From Ferrovibrio sp. (GTDB taxonomy: Bacteria > Pseudomonadota > Alphaproteobacteria > Ferrovibrionales > Ferrovibrionaceae), in contig NZ_JBKBHC010000009.1 of NCBI RefSeq assembly GCF_046297895.1, forward strand, positions 118,643-182,642: a stretch of DNA of 64,000 bases. Reading direction: 5' to 3'. This document shows positions 36,198 to 45,984 of the stretch, piece after piece (within the stretch, counting starts at the first letter, position 1; each line of letters begins with the position of its first letter). The notes beneath the pieces were generated by a model, which saw nothing but the letters and a program-made list of their open reading frames with translations, did not search any database and was not told the DNA's origin. Both the position numbers and the translations under genes were made by a program.

Positions 36198-37253
36198 TCA
36201 TTTCCAGTGTCCACTGGGGGCATCCACAGCGCCGCTGATCAGGTTCGCAGTATACAGGGCATCAAGGTCAAGCCATACATCCGGCATCGCCGTGCGGATG
36301 CCATCGATCAGGCGACGGATGCCCTGCTCCTGCGTACGGCGGATCGCTTCGGCCTCAGCCACCGAAATCGCTTGGAAAGCGAGGTTGTTGCCCGGCTTCA
36401 TGCGGCCGACGCGCGGCAGATCGGCTGAGATCACGGTGGCGATCTTGGTGTAGCCACCGGTGGTCTGGCGGTCGGCCATCAGGATGATCGGCTTGCCGTT
36501 GCCAGGAACCTGGATCGAGCCGGTGACCAGGCCTTCGGAGGCTATGTCGGCGCCGCGAACATGCTCCACCGTCTCGCCATCCAGCCGCAGACCCATGCGA
36601 TCGGCCTCCTTGGTCACAGTGTAGGTGGCCGACAGGAAGGTCTCGATGCCTTTTGCGGTGAAACGATCTTGCTGCGGCCCGAGCACGACGCGAACCGGCC
36701 CGTCACCATAATCGATGGCATCGGCCAGTTCGCGCTCCTCGCTGTCCGGCGCGGCATTGAGCACCAGCGGCAGCCGGTCACCGGCCTTCAGGGCGCGGCC
36801 CTCGAAGCCGCCGAGACCGGAGCGCATATAGGTGGAATAACTGCCCATGAACGGCGGAATGGCGAAGCCGCCCTGCACCGCCAGATAGGCCACGCTGGCA
36901 TCCTCGACGGCGCCGATGGAAAGCCGGTCGCCGCGTTTCAGCAGAACAGAGCGCCAGGGTTTCACGGCACGCGCCTCCGACCCGTCGGCCGGCTGCAGTG
37001 CAAGCTTGGCGACGCCACCAAAGGCGATGCGCAGGCTCTCGGCCGCCACGGTGAAGCCCGGGCCGAGATAGCCGATTTCAAGCGCCGCCGTGTTTTCCGG
37101 ATTGCCGACCAAGCAATTCACCAGCCGAAACGCGATGGGGTCGGTGGCGCCGGCCACCGGCATGCCCAGGGCCTGCGCGCCGAAACGGCCGAGATCCTGC
37201 ACGCTGGTCATCAGGCCTGGCGCTACGATGTCGAGGAAGCCGGCGGCGGTCAT
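36198..37253 (-). CDS. pxpC: 5-oxoprolinase subunit C (carboxyltransferase/KipA family)
   Basis: SVQDLGRFG, ADRMGLRL, GSIQVPGNGKPIILMADRQTTGGYTKI. Confidence 0.88.
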   Translation of the reverse strand: MTAAGFLDIVAPGLMTSVQDLGRFGAQALGMPVAGATDPIAFRLVNCLVGNPENTAALEIGYLGPGFTVAAESLRIAFGGVAKLALQPADGSEARAVKPWRSVLLKRGDRLSIGAVEDASVAYLAVQGGFAIPPFMGSYSTYMRSGLGGFEGRALKAGDRLPLVLNAAPDSEERELADAIDYGDGPVRVVLGPQQDRFTAKGIETFLSATYTVTKEADRMGLRLDGETVEHVRGADIASEGLVTGSIQVPGNGKPIILMADRQTTGGYTKIATVISADLPRVGRMKPGNNLAFQAISVAEAEAIRRTQEQGIRRLIDGIRTAMPDVWLDLDALYTANLISGAVDAPSGHWK

Positions 37254-37993
37254 GGCTTCACCTGCCCTTCATCGACCCGCAGGGCGGCGTAGTCGAACAC
37301 ACCCTGCTCCACCCGATTGAGCATCGCGGCGTAATCATCGGAGGAGATTGCCGTGTAGGTGACCTCGTCGCCTGCGGCGAGCAGAATCGGCTCGGCCCGC
37401 GATGCATCGAACAATTTGAGCGGCGTGCGGCCGATCAGATGCCAGCCGCCCGGGCTTTCCCAGGGATAGATGGTGGTCATCGATTCCGCTATGGCGACCG
37501 AACCCTGCGGCACTTTCAGGCGCGGTTCCTTGCGACGCGGCAGATGCAGCGATGCGTCCAGGCCGCCCATATAGGCCAGGCCGGGCATGAACCCGAGCAT
37601 ATAGACGAAATAGCGGCCTGCAGTATGCGTGGCGATCACGGCATCGGGCGTGGTCTTGCAGCGTTCCGCCACATCGGGCAGGTCGGGGGCCAGATCGGGC
37701 GCGTAGCAGACCGGCAGGCGCCAGAGCCGGCCGGCGCGCTGCCGCGGTTTCAGTCCGTCCAGCAGGCCGCGCACATGGCCTTCCAGATCGGTCCGGCTTG
37801 TGACTAGCGGGTCATACTGCACCAGCAGGGCACGGAAGGACGGGATCGTCTCGATCAGTCCGGCCGGCCGCATGTCGGCCAGCGCGGCATGCAGGGCCAT
37901 GACCTTGGCATTGATGCCGCGGTCGATGCCTTCCCCGAACTCGACGCTGAAGCCGGTATCGCCGAAGGAGCGGATCTGCGGGTAGCTGGTCAT
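37250..37993 (-). CDS. pxpB: 5-oxoprolinase subunit B (KipI family)
   Basis: FGDTG, IPSFRALLVQYDP, VYMLGFMPGLAY, YPWESPGGWHLIGRT. Confidence 0.88.
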   Translation of the reverse strand: MTSYPQIRSFGDTGFSVEFGEGIDRGINAKVMALHAALADMRPAGLIETIPSFRALLVQYDPLVTSRTDLEGHVRGLLDGLKPRQRAGRLWRLPVCYAPDLAPDLPDVAERCKTTPDAVIATHTAGRYFVYMLGFMPGLAYMGGLDASLHLPRRKEPRLKVPQGSVAIAESMTTIYPWESPGGWHLIGRTPLKLFDASRAEPILLAAGDEVTYTAISSDDYAAMLNRVEQGVFDYAALRVDEGQVKP

Positions 37994-38017
37994 GCCGCAG
38001 TCATAGGGCTTCGCGCC

Positions 38018-38698
38018 TCAGGCGACAACAGGCAAGGCTTCGATGTCGTAGGCGTGGCCGATCTTGCGCTTGAGCACCGGATCTTCCAGTTCCATCTCGA
38101 AGCGCGTCGCCGGCCGGATGCCGCCGATGGCGCCGATGGTGCCGCCGAACATCAGGGTGCCGGGCGGCAGGGTGGCACTGTTGCTGTAGCGCTGCATCAG
38201 GTCAGCCGGGCTGCGCAGGCCGGAAACCGCGCCTTCCTGATACAGCACGCGCTGGCCGCCGATGGTGGCCCAGGCGCGCAGGATCAGGTCGTCCCAGTGC
38301 TTCTCGACCTCTTCGTAACGCCACAGGCTGCCACCAAGAACCTTGGAGCAGAGCTGCTTGGACAAGGCCACGCCGGCGGCCTCGGCCTTGCGGTCGGTAT
38401 GGTCGGAGCCGACCGTGACCCAGAGGCCATCGGCCAGCGAAACGATCACCGGCTCGACCTCACCCGAGGTGTCGGGACCAAGCACCTGAAGATGTCCGGT
38501 CTGGATAAGCTGGCCGGTGCCGATGCGGTAGAACAGCGGCACGGAAGACGGCCGCGGCACGCCGATCGCGGCCAGTTCCTCGATGTGATGTTCGATGGCA
38601 TGGTGATCACGCCCGGCCCAACCGGCCACAATCAGCGTATCGATCTGCACCGCGACGCGATCGCGCCGTTCACCCCAGAGACGGTCAAAGGTCAACAT
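38018..38698 (-). CDS. DUF2848-family protein (FAH-like fold)
   Basis: LIVAGWAGRD, HHIEELAAIGVPRPSSVPLFY, TSGEVE, VGSDHTDR, ELEDPV. Confidence 0.8.
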   Translation of the reverse strand: MLTFDRLWGERRDRVAVQIDTLIVAGWAGRDHHAIEHHIEELAAIGVPRPSSVPLFYRIGTGQLIQTGHLQVLGPDTSGEVEPVIVSLADGLWVTVGSDHTDRKAEAAGVALSKQLCSKVLGGSLWRYEEVEKHWDDLILRAWATIGGQRVLYQEGAVSGLRSPADLMQRYSNSATLPPGTLMFGGTIGAIGGIRPATRFEMELEDPVLKRKIGHAYDIEALPVVA

Positions 38699-38715
38699 GC
38701 TCAGGTATCCCGCGT

Positions 38716-39999
38716 TTAGCCGAAAGTATTGGGCAGCCAGAGCGCGCTGCCGGGAAACAGCGCCAGCAAGGCGATCAGCGTAATCATCATCAACACGAAG
38801 GGCAGCGAACCCTTGATCACATCGTTCAGCGTGCCGCTGCTGCGCAGCGACTGCACGACGAAAAGGTTGAGGCCCACCGGCGGCGTGATCAGCGCCATCT
38901 CGATCAGAATGATGATGACGATGCCGAACCAGATGGGGTCGAAGCCAAGGCCAAACATCACCGGCGCCACGATGGGGATCGTGGTGATCATCATGGACAG
39001 GGTCTCCATGAAGCAGCCGAGAATCAGGTAGAACGCCACGATGGCCACCAGCATCTCGAATTTCGACAGGCCAAGACCGGCGATGTAGTCGGTCAGCATG
39101 GTGGTCAGGCCGATGGCCGAGATAACGAAGTTGAGGAAATAGGCCGCTATGATGATCAGCATCACCATCGCGGTGGTGCGCATGGTGTTTTCCAATACTT
39201 CTTTCATCATGGCGAATGAAAGTTTCCTGTAGGCCGCTGCCAGGCCAAGCGCCGCCACCACGCCAAGGGAAGCCGCCTCGGTGGGCGTGGCCAGGCCGGC
39301 ATAGATCGACCCGACCACGACGAGGAAGATGCCGAGTGGCGGCGCTAGGTCGACCAGGCTGTGAATCCGCTCGCCCCAGCTGGCCGAAAGCGGCTTGCCG
39401 CCCCATTCCGGCCTGATCATGCAGAAAACCGCAACCATCACCATGAACATGAAGGCCAAACCCAGGCCAGGAATGATCCCGGCGAGGTAAAGCTTGGGAA
39501 TCGACGTGTCGGTCAATACCGCATAGATGATCATGTTGATCGAGGGCGGGATTAGGATGCCGAGCGTGCCGCCGGCGGCCAGCGTGCCAAGGAACAGCGG
39601 TTCATTATAGCCGTGCTTCTTGACCAGCGGCAGAGCCACGGTGCCGACCGTGGCGGCGGTGGCCACCGAGGAACCGGACGTCGCGGCGAAGATGGCGCAG
39701 GCGCCGATATTGGAATGCATCAGGCCGCCGGGCACCCAGGACAGCCATTTCACCATGGCGCCGTACATGCGTTCGGCCACGCCGGCGCGGAGCAGAATCT
39801 CGCCCAGCAGGATGAACATCGGGATCGAGACGAGCAGGAAATCCTTCGACGACGACCACGAGATTTCACCCAGCGCCAGACTGAGAGGCATCTTGGAATA
39901 GATCTTGTCGAGCAGCAGGCCGAGCGTGCCGAGTGCACCGGCCACCGGAATGGCAGCCGCCAGCAGGACAATCAGCAAGACGAGCGAAGTGGCAAGCAT
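38716..39999 (-). CDS. TRAP transporter large permease (DctM)
   Basis: SGSSVATAA, AGGTLGILIPPS, ATPTEAA, ITPPVGLNLF. Confidence 0.93.
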   Translation of the reverse strand: MLATSLVLLIVLLAAAIPVAGALGTLGLLLDKIYSKMPLSLALGEISWSSSKDFLLVSIPMFILLGEILLRAGVAERMYGAMVKWLSWVPGGLMHSNIGACAIFAATSGSSVATAATVGTVALPLVKKHGYNEPLFLGTLAAGGTLGILIPPSINMIIYAVLTDTSIPKLYLAGIIPGLGLAFMFMVMVAVFCMIRPEWGGKPLSASWGERIHSLVDLAPPLGIFLVVVGSIYAGLATPTEAASLGVVAALGLAAAYRKLSFAMMKEVLENTMRTTAMVMLIIIAAYFLNFVISAIGLTTMLTDYIAGLGLSKFEMLVAIVAFYLILGCFMETLSMMITTIPIVAPVMFGLGFDPIWFGIVIIILIEMALITPPVGLNLFVVQSLRSSGTLNDVIKGSLPFVLMMITLIALLALFPGSALWLPNTFG

Positions 40000-40003
40000 G
40001 GGA

Positions 40004-40615
40004 TCAGTCCTTGAGCAGGTCGGCGGCCGGCTTCAGTTCGGCGGTATGGGCGGCCTCGTCGGCGGCGTCCTCCTCGATGGTGCGGGCACCGGCGAGGCTG
40101 CGCACCTTGGCGAGGTCACCGCCCAGCAGGGCAAACAAGCAGCGCAGCAGCAATGGAAGCCAGGTGAACAGGAAAAAGATCAGTCCGATCAGCCACAGCG
40201 ACTGTGGCATCCATAACGGCGTGGCAAGCGGCGTGGTGGCGCGGGCATCGAAGGACAGTGAGGTACCCAGCACGTCCCAGGCCTGCCAGGTCAGCAGCAT
40301 AAGGAAGCCGCCCAGCGCAATCAGCGCCACGATGTCGAGCAGGGCGCAGACAACCTGCGGCAGATGAATGTAGAGCGCGTCCACGCGCACATTGGCGCGG
40401 CGCAGCAGAGTGAAGGCCAGCGCCCAGGTGGTGCCGATGGCGAAGGCGTAGCCTGACAGTTCATCCGCGCCACCCAGCGACACCAGCACCAGCTTGCGCA
40501 GTAGCACGTCGATGGAAACCAGCACGGCCGAAGCCAGCACAAGCGTACCGCCGAACCAGATGGCGTAGCGGGAAAGTCGGTCGGCGAGGCCGAGCCAGCG
40601 ATCGAGCAGGATCAT
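40004..40615 (-). CDS. TRAP transporter small permease (DctQ)
   Basis: Four TM segments, ELSGY, NVRVD, PLWMP. Confidence 0.88.
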   Translation of the reverse strand: MILLDRWLGLADRLSRYAIWFGGTLVLASAVLVSIDVLLRKLVLVSLGGADELSGYAFAIGTTWALAFTLLRRANVRVDALYIHLPQVVCALLDIVALIALGGFLMLLTWQAWDVLGTSLSFDARATTPLATPLWMPQSLWLIGLIFFLFTWLPLLLRCLFALLGGDLAKVRSLAGARTIEEDAADEAAHTAELKPAADLLKD

Positions 40616-40638
40616 GGGCGATACCTTGACATGGAAAA

Positions 40639-40670
40639 GCCGGAGCCCGGCAAGAATTCCGGGCTCCGGC
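40639..40670 (-). terminator. Stem-loop after dctP with a short U-tract
   Basis: GCCGGAGCCCGG-N8-CCGGGCTCCGGC, a 12-bp stem followed by TTTT on the minus strand. Confidence 0.65.
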
Positions 40671-40681
40671 GGGGAGGCAAC

Positions 40682-41740
40682 TTACTTGGCGGCGGCGGTC
40701 AGGCCGACCACCTTGCCGATGCTGTCGTTGAAGGTGGCGATGCAGTCGCCCTGGCAACGCGCCGCCCATTTCGGCAGCACGGTGTCGGTCAGCGCCTTCT
40801 TCAGCAAGGCCTTGTCGGCATCCGAGACCGGCACGATGGTCATCTTGGCCTTGGTGCCCATGGTGCAGTTGTCCTTGCCGGCGTTGCAGTCATAGCCCTG
40901 CTGGGTTTCTTCGGCGGCCGCCTTCCAGATGCGGTCTTCCAGGCCGGCGATTTCCTTCTGCAGGAAAGTGCGCACCTGCGGGTTCAGTTTTTCCCAGGTC
41001 TTCACGTTCACGCCGTGCATGACGTGGCTCCAGCCCAGCGGCAGGGCATAGATATGGGTCGCCACCTCGTACCACTTGGCCGAGTTACCCGACAGCGTGC
41101 CGGTGATGGCGCAGTCGACCACCTTGTTCTGCAGGGCAGGCACCACCTCGTTGAAGGCCAGCGTCACGCCGGTGCCGCCAAAGGCCTCGACGAATTCGGC
41201 CAGCGTGCGGTTGCCGGTGCGTACCTTCTTGCCCTTCAGGTCGGCCAGACCCTTGATCTCGCCGTTGCAGAACAGGACCTGAGCCGAATATGGCCAGATG
41301 CCAAGCACCTGCACGCCAAAGCGCTCACGATAGAACTTGTCGTAGACCGGCTTGTAGGCATCCGAAACCTTGCGAGCGGTGGCGACATCCGGCGACAGGC
41401 CGGCCAGGTCGACCGCCTCGTTGCGGGCATCGTCGGCTGCCACATAACCAAGCACGGTGGAACCGAAATCGATCACGCCCAGGCGCATCAGGCGGAAGAT
41501 TTCCGCACCTTTGAGCCCCATCTCGTTGAACGGCGTGATTTCAGCGGTGATGGCACCGTTCGACTTTTCGGTGATCTCCTTCGACCAGAAGGGCTGTTCG
41601 AAATTCTTGTACTGGGTCAGGTTGCCCCAGGCGCCAACCACCTTCAGTGCGGTTTTCGGCATTTCCTGGGCCATCGACGGTCCGGCCAGGCCGGTCAGCA
41701 GCGCGCCGGCAACGGCCAGCGTCTTAATCATGGTCTTCAT
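40682..41740 (-). CDS. TRAP substrate-binding protein (DctP)
   Basis: DLKGKKVRT, EVVPALQNKVVD; signal peptide. Confidence 0.9.
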   Translation of the reverse strand: MKTMIKTLAVAGALLTGLAGPSMAQEMPKTALKVVGAWGNLTQYKNFEQPFWSKEITEKSNGAITAEITPFNEMGLKGAEIFRLMRLGVIDFGSTVLGYVAADDARNEAVDLAGLSPDVATARKVSDAYKPVYDKFYRERFGVQVLGIWPYSAQVLFCNGEIKGLADLKGKKVRTGNRTLAEFVEAFGGTGVTLAFNEVVPALQNKVVDCAITGTLSGNSAKWYEVATHIYALPLGWSHVMHGVNVKTWEKLNPQVRTFLQKEIAGLEDRIWKAAAEETQQGYDCNAGKDNCTMGTKAKMTIVPVSDADKALLKKALTDTVLPKWAARCQGDCIATFNDSIGKVVGLTAAAK

Positions 41741-41765
41741 TCTCTTCCCCTCCAGGTTGGTGAAC

Positions 41766-42566
41766 TTACAGAATGGCCAAACGGCTGTTCTTCAGGTCTG
41801 TCACCAGCATGTGCCCGGGCGCATGGGTGACGCAGAAATCCGGCTTCACGGTGGCAATCACCGACTGGGGTGTGACGCCGCAGGCCCAGAAGACCGGCAG
41901 TTCATCGTCCTTCACCTCCACCGGATCGCCGTAATCTGGCTTGGCGATGTCCTTGATGCCGATCATCTCCGGTTTGCCGATATGCACCGGCGCGCCATGC
42001 ACGGCAGGAAAACGCGAGGTGATCTGCACCGCGCGGATCGCATCGGCGGGCTTGAGCGGCCGCATAGAGACAACCAGCGGCCCATGGAACGGCCCGGCCG
42101 GCTGAGTCTGGATGCTGGTGCGGTACATCGGCACGTTGGTGTTGCAGGCAATGTGGCGCAGCGGGATACCGTCTTCGATCAGCGCTTCCTCAAACGAAAA
42201 GGAGCAGCCGATCAGAAAGGCCACCAGGTCGTCGCGCCAGAGGCTTTTGAGATCGGATACTGCCTCGACCATCTTGCCGTTCCGCCAGACGTGATAGAGC
42301 GGGATATCCGTGCGGATATCGACATCCTCGCCCAGCGTGGGCAGGCGCGGATCGCCGGGTTCGCTGGCCGCCAGCAGCGGACAGGGCTTGGGGTTGAACT
42401 GGCAGAAGCGGAAGAAATCGTCAGCCAGCGCCTTGGGCAGGATGGCGAGGTTGGCCTGCACGTAGCCCGGCGCAATGCCGGCGGTGGAGCCGCGATGATC
42501 GCCGCGCCGCACGGCCTGCCGCGCCGCGTGGCCGCTGCCATATACCTTGGCCGTCATTGCATTCAT
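41766..42566 (-). CDS. Putative hydro-lyase, DUF1445 / D-glutamate cyclase family (YcsI-like)
   Basis: [68 protein letters not shown]. Confidence 0.85.
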   Translation of the reverse strand: MNAMTAKVYGSGHAARQAVRRGDHRGSTAGIAPGYVQANLAILPKALADDFFRFCQFNPKPCPLLAASEPGDPRLPTLGEDVDIRTDIPLYHVWRNGKMVEAVSDLKSLWRDDLVAFLIGCSFSFEEALIEDGIPLRHIACNTNVPMYRTSIQTQPAGPFHGPLVVSMRPLKPADAIRAVQITSRFPAVHGAPVHIGKPEMIGIKDIAKPDYGDPVEVKDDELPVFWACGVTPQSVIATVKPDFCVTHAPGHMLVTDLKNSRLAIL

Positions 42567-42645
42567 ACCAATCCCCCGGACTGCCGCAATCCGGTTATGG
42601 CATCATGGGCAGGCCATCCTGTCCAATCGCGGTTTCGGATGACAT

Positions 42646-42666
42646 GCGATAAGAATTTCTTATCGC
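42646..42666. promoter_or_regulatory. LysR-type operator upstream of the hydro-lyase operon
   Basis: Perfect 10-1-10 palindrome GCGATAAGAA-T-TTCTTATCGC containing T-N11-A. Confidence 0.75.
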
Positions 42667-42673
42667 CTAATAA

Positions 42674-43588
42674 TCAGGCGCGCCGCTGCTTATTGCGGCG
42701 CTTGGCCTCTGCCTGCGCGAGTTCACGCGCGGTTTCCACCACCGCCTCGGCCATGTAGCTGTCCGGCTTCAGAGGGTAACTGGCGGAAAAGTTCAGATCC
42801 GGCAGGCTCTGCTCGGCGCGCACCAGGCGCAGGCGCTTCTCGGCCAGTTCGCGCCGGATCACCACAGGCGGGATCGCGCTGATGCCGATGCGGTCCAGCG
42901 TCATGCGCACGATGGTGCTGAGCGACGCATTGCCGTACATGCGCAGATTGGGCAGGTCAGACCGCGTCATCATCTCGCGGATGGTGATGAAGGGTCGCGT
43001 GTTGCGCGGATAGGTGATGATCGGCCAGCGCGCCAGCCGACTCAATGGCACCGGCTCCGGACCAAGATCGAGATCGGGACTGGCGACCCAGGCAAGCGGG
43101 TAGCTCGACAGCACGACATTCTTGATACGCGGCTCGCTGACCGGGCCGAGCAGGAAGGCGATATCGAGCTGATGTGCCACCAGCCGCTCACGCAAGATCG
43201 GCGAGGTATCGACCTCGATCTCCAGCGTCAATGCCGGGTAGACGGCATGCATGCGTTCGATCAGCTTTGACAGCCAGGTATGCACAATGGTTTCGGCAAC
43301 ACCAAGCCGCACCACACCACGCATGGCGCGCTTCTCGCGCGCGGCCTGAAGCAGGTCGGCGCGCAGTTGCAGCATGCGCTCGGCATAGGGCAGCAGTTCG
43401 TTGCCTTTCAGCGTCAGCGCCACGCCACGCGGCTCGCGGTCAAACAGCCTGACGCCCAGTTCGGCCTCAAGCAGTGCGATACGCTGCGAAACCGCCGGCT
43501 GCGTGGTGTTGAGCTTTTCGGCGGCGGCGCGGAAGCCGCCGAGATGGGCGACCCAGACGAAGGTTTCCAGGTTACGCAGGTCTGCCAT
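42674..43588 (-). CDS. LysR-family regulator
   Basis: LRNLETFVWVAHLGGFRAAAEKLNTTQPAVSQRIALLE HTH. Confidence 0.95.
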   Translation of the reverse strand: MADLRNLETFVWVAHLGGFRAAAEKLNTTQPAVSQRIALLEAELGVRLFDREPRGVALTLKGNELLPYAERMLQLRADLLQAAREKRAMRGVVRLGVAETIVHTWLSKLIERMHAVYPALTLEIEVDTSPILRERLVAHQLDIAFLLGPVSEPRIKNVVLSSYPLAWVASPDLDLGPEPVPLSRLARWPIITYPRNTRPFITIREMMTRSDLPNLRMYGNASLSTIVRMTLDRIGISAIPPVVIRRELAEKRLRLVRAEQSLPDLNFSASYPLKPDSYMAEAVVETARELAQAEAKRRNKQRRA

Positions 43589-43618
43589 AGCGATTTCCAC
43601 CAATCATGCCGACAGATC

Positions 43619-43633
43619 ATAAGAATTTTTTAT
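43619..43633. promoter_or_regulatory. Second copy of the LysR operator (autoregulatory site)
   Basis: ATAAGAATTTTTTAT differs by one base from ATAAGAATTTCTTAT at 42649-42663. Confidence 0.7.
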
Positions 43634-43654
43634 CGACTGCGCTGCCGGTATTTT

Positions 43655-43700
43655 TGAAACAAACGTTTCTCAAATAATAGATATGAATCGTTTGTTGCAT
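43655..43700. promoter_or_regulatory. Candidate RpiR-family operator pair
   Basis: TGAAAC-AAAC-GTTTCTCA (43655-43672) and an inverted near-copy ATGAATCGTTTGTTGCAT (43683-43700), directly upstream of the RpiR gene. Confidence 0.4.
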
Positions 43701-43729
43701 GATGCCGGGAAATCGGCTTCAATCGGCCC

Positions 43730-44653
43730 ATGCCTAGCCCGCGCCACACAGCGCCCGACTCGCTGCCGGCCCGCATCGCGGCCGCCTTCGAAACCCTGCC
43801 GCCGCAACTGCAGGCCGCGGCCCGCTTTGTGCTGGACCATCCCGACGATGTCGCGCTGCTCTCCATGCGGGAGCAGGCCCGCCGGGCCGGGGTGCCGCCG
43901 GTGACCATGACGCGGCTGGCGCGGCAGCTGGGATTTGCTGATTTTGCCGCCTTCCGCGACGTGCAGGCCAGCCTGCTGCGGCGCAATCCGGGCAAGGCAT
44001 TCAGCGCCGAATTCAGCAACCGGGCTGGCAGACTGCAGCAGCGCCAGCAACAGGGCGGCGATGCCGCCCTTGCCGGCCAGATCGGCTGGGCGATGGCCGA
44101 GCATATCGCCAGCAGCCACGACGAAACCGGCATCACCGCCTTGGTAGCTGCCGCGAAGGCGCTGGAGGGCGCGCACCGGCTGCATTTCCTGGGCCTGCGC
44201 TCCTGCCATGCGGTGGCCTTCCATGCCGGCTACATCTATGGCCTGTTCCGCGCCAACGGCGTGCTGCTGGATGGCGCCGGCGATACCGGCATCGACGCCC
44301 TGCGTCATGCCGGCCGCGGCGACGCCTTGCTGACCATCAGCGTGGCGCCCTACGCCAGCGCCACGGTGGAGCGCGTGGCCTATGCGCGGCAACGCGGCCT
44401 GACCATCGTGGCGATCACCGACAGCCGCGTCTCGCCGGTGGCGAGCCTGGCCCAGCACAGCCTGCTGGTGCCAACCGAGACGCCTTCATTCTTCCACGCC
44501 ATCACCCCCGCCTTTGCCATGGCCGAGACGCTGGTGGCGCTGATCGCCGCTCGTGCCGGCGAGGAGGCGCTCGCCGCCATCCGCAATGCCGAGGCGCAAC
44601 TCGGCGCCTTCTCAACCTACTGGTCACCCAAGCGCAAGAAAGCCAGCCCATGA
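43730..44653 (+). CDS. MurR/RpiR-family regulator (HTH + SIS)
   Basis: ARFVLDHPDDVALLSMRE...TMTRLARQLGFADF HTH; GLRS, AITDSRVSP SIS motifs. Confidence 0.92.
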   Translation: MPSPRHTAPDSLPARIAAAFETLPPQLQAAARFVLDHPDDVALLSMREQARRAGVPPVTMTRLARQLGFADFAAFRDVQASLLRRNPGKAFSAEFSNRAGRLQQRQQQGGDAALAGQIGWAMAEHIASSHDETGITALVAAAKALEGAHRLHFLGLRSCHAVAFHAGYIYGLFRANGVLLDGAGDTGIDALRHAGRGDALLTISVAPYASATVERVAYARQRGLTIVAITDSRVSPVASLAQHSLLVPTETPSFFHAITPAFAMAETLVALIAARAGEEALAAIRNAEAQLGAFSTYWSPKRKKASP

Positions 44654-45984
44654 CGAGCCGTATCCTGCACCGCATGATCAATCACGCCTATCCGGTTGCC
44701 GTCGGCGGCGAAGGCATTGAGATCATCGATTCCACTGGCAAACGTTATATCGATGCCTCTGGCGGAGCGGCGGTGAGCTGCCTTGGCCACGGCCACCCCG
44801 ACGTCACCCGGGCGATCCATGAGCAAGCCGACAAATTGGCCTTCGCCCATACCAGCTTCTTCACCACCGAGCCGGCCGAAAAGCTGGCCGACAAGCTGGT
44901 GGGTAGCGCGCCGAAGGGCATCAGCCATGTCTATTATGTCTCCGGCGGCTCGGAAGCGATTGAGGCCGCGCTGAAAATGGCGCGGCAGTATCATGTCGAG
45001 CGCGGCGAGCCGCAGCGCCGGCATTTCATTGCGCGGCGCCAGAGCTATCACGGCAATACCGTTGGCGCGCTGAGTGTTGGCGGCAATGCCTGGCGACGCC
45101 AGCAATTTGCGCCGATGCTGATTGAAGCGCACCACATCGCGCCCTGCTTCGAATACCGCGACCGCCGGCCCGACGAGACGCCGGAAGCCTACGGAAAACG
45201 CGCCGCCGACGAACTGGAAGCCAAAATCCTGGAGCTGGGCAAGGACAGCGTGATCGCCTTCGTGGCCGAGCCGGTGGTGGGCGCCACCCTGGGCGCCGTC
45301 ACTGCAGCGCCGGGTTATTTCAAGCGCATTCGCGAAATCTGTGACAAGTATGGCGTGCTGCTGATCCTGGACGAGGTGATGTGCGGCATGGGCCGCACCG
45401 GCACCCTGAATGCCTGCGAGCAGGAAGGCATCTCGCCCGACATCATGACCATCGCCAAGGGTCTGGGTGGCGGTTACCAGCCGATCGGCGCCGTGCTGCT
45501 GGGCCAGCATATCTTCGATGCCTTTACCCAGGGCTCGGGCTTTTTCCAGCACGGCCATACCTATCTGGGCCATCCGATGGCCTGCGCGGCAGCCCTGGCG
45601 GTGCAGGAGGTGATCGAGCGCGACCATCTGCTGGACAACGTGAAGGCCATGGGCGTGCATCTGATGGACCGCCTGCAGGATCGTTTCGGTAATCACCGTC
45701 ATGTCGGCGATATCCGTGGCCGAGGGCTGTTCCAGGCCATCGAACTGGTGCAGGACCGCGCCACCAAGTCCACCTTCGACCCGGCGCTGAAGCTGAATGC
45801 GCGCATCAAGAAGGAGGCGATGAATATCGGCCTGATGTGCTACCCCATGGGTGGCACCATCGACGGCAGGTATGGCGACCATGTTCTGCTGGCGCCGCCC
45901 TTCATCTGCAAGCCGGGCGATATCGACACCATCGTCGCGCGGCTGGGCGACGCGGTGGACGCCGCACTCAAGAGTGTTGCCTGA
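44650..45984 (+). CDS. Class III PLP-dependent aminotransferase
   Basis: YIDASGGAAVSCLGH, SGGSEA, SYHGNT, LILDEVMCGMGRTG, DIMTIAKGLGGGY, HGHTY. Confidence 0.92.
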   Translation: MTSRILHRMINHAYPVAVGGEGIEIIDSTGKRYIDASGGAAVSCLGHGHPDVTRAIHEQADKLAFAHTSFFTTEPAEKLADKLVGSAPKGISHVYYVSGGSEAIEAALKMARQYHVERGEPQRRHFIARRQSYHGNTVGALSVGGNAWRRQQFAPMLIEAHHIAPCFEYRDRRPDETPEAYGKRAADELEAKILELGKDSVIAFVAEPVVGATLGAVTAAPGYFKRIREICDKYGVLLILDEVMCGMGRTGTLNACEQEGISPDIMTIAKGLGGGYQPIGAVLLGQHIFDAFTQGSGFFQHGHTYLGHPMACAAALAVQEVIERDHLLDNVKAMGVHLMDRLQDRFGNHRHVGDIRGRGLFQAIELVQDRATKSTFDPALKLNARIKKEAMNIGLMCYPMGGTIDGRYGDHVLLAPPFICKPGDIDTIVARLGDAVDAALKSVA

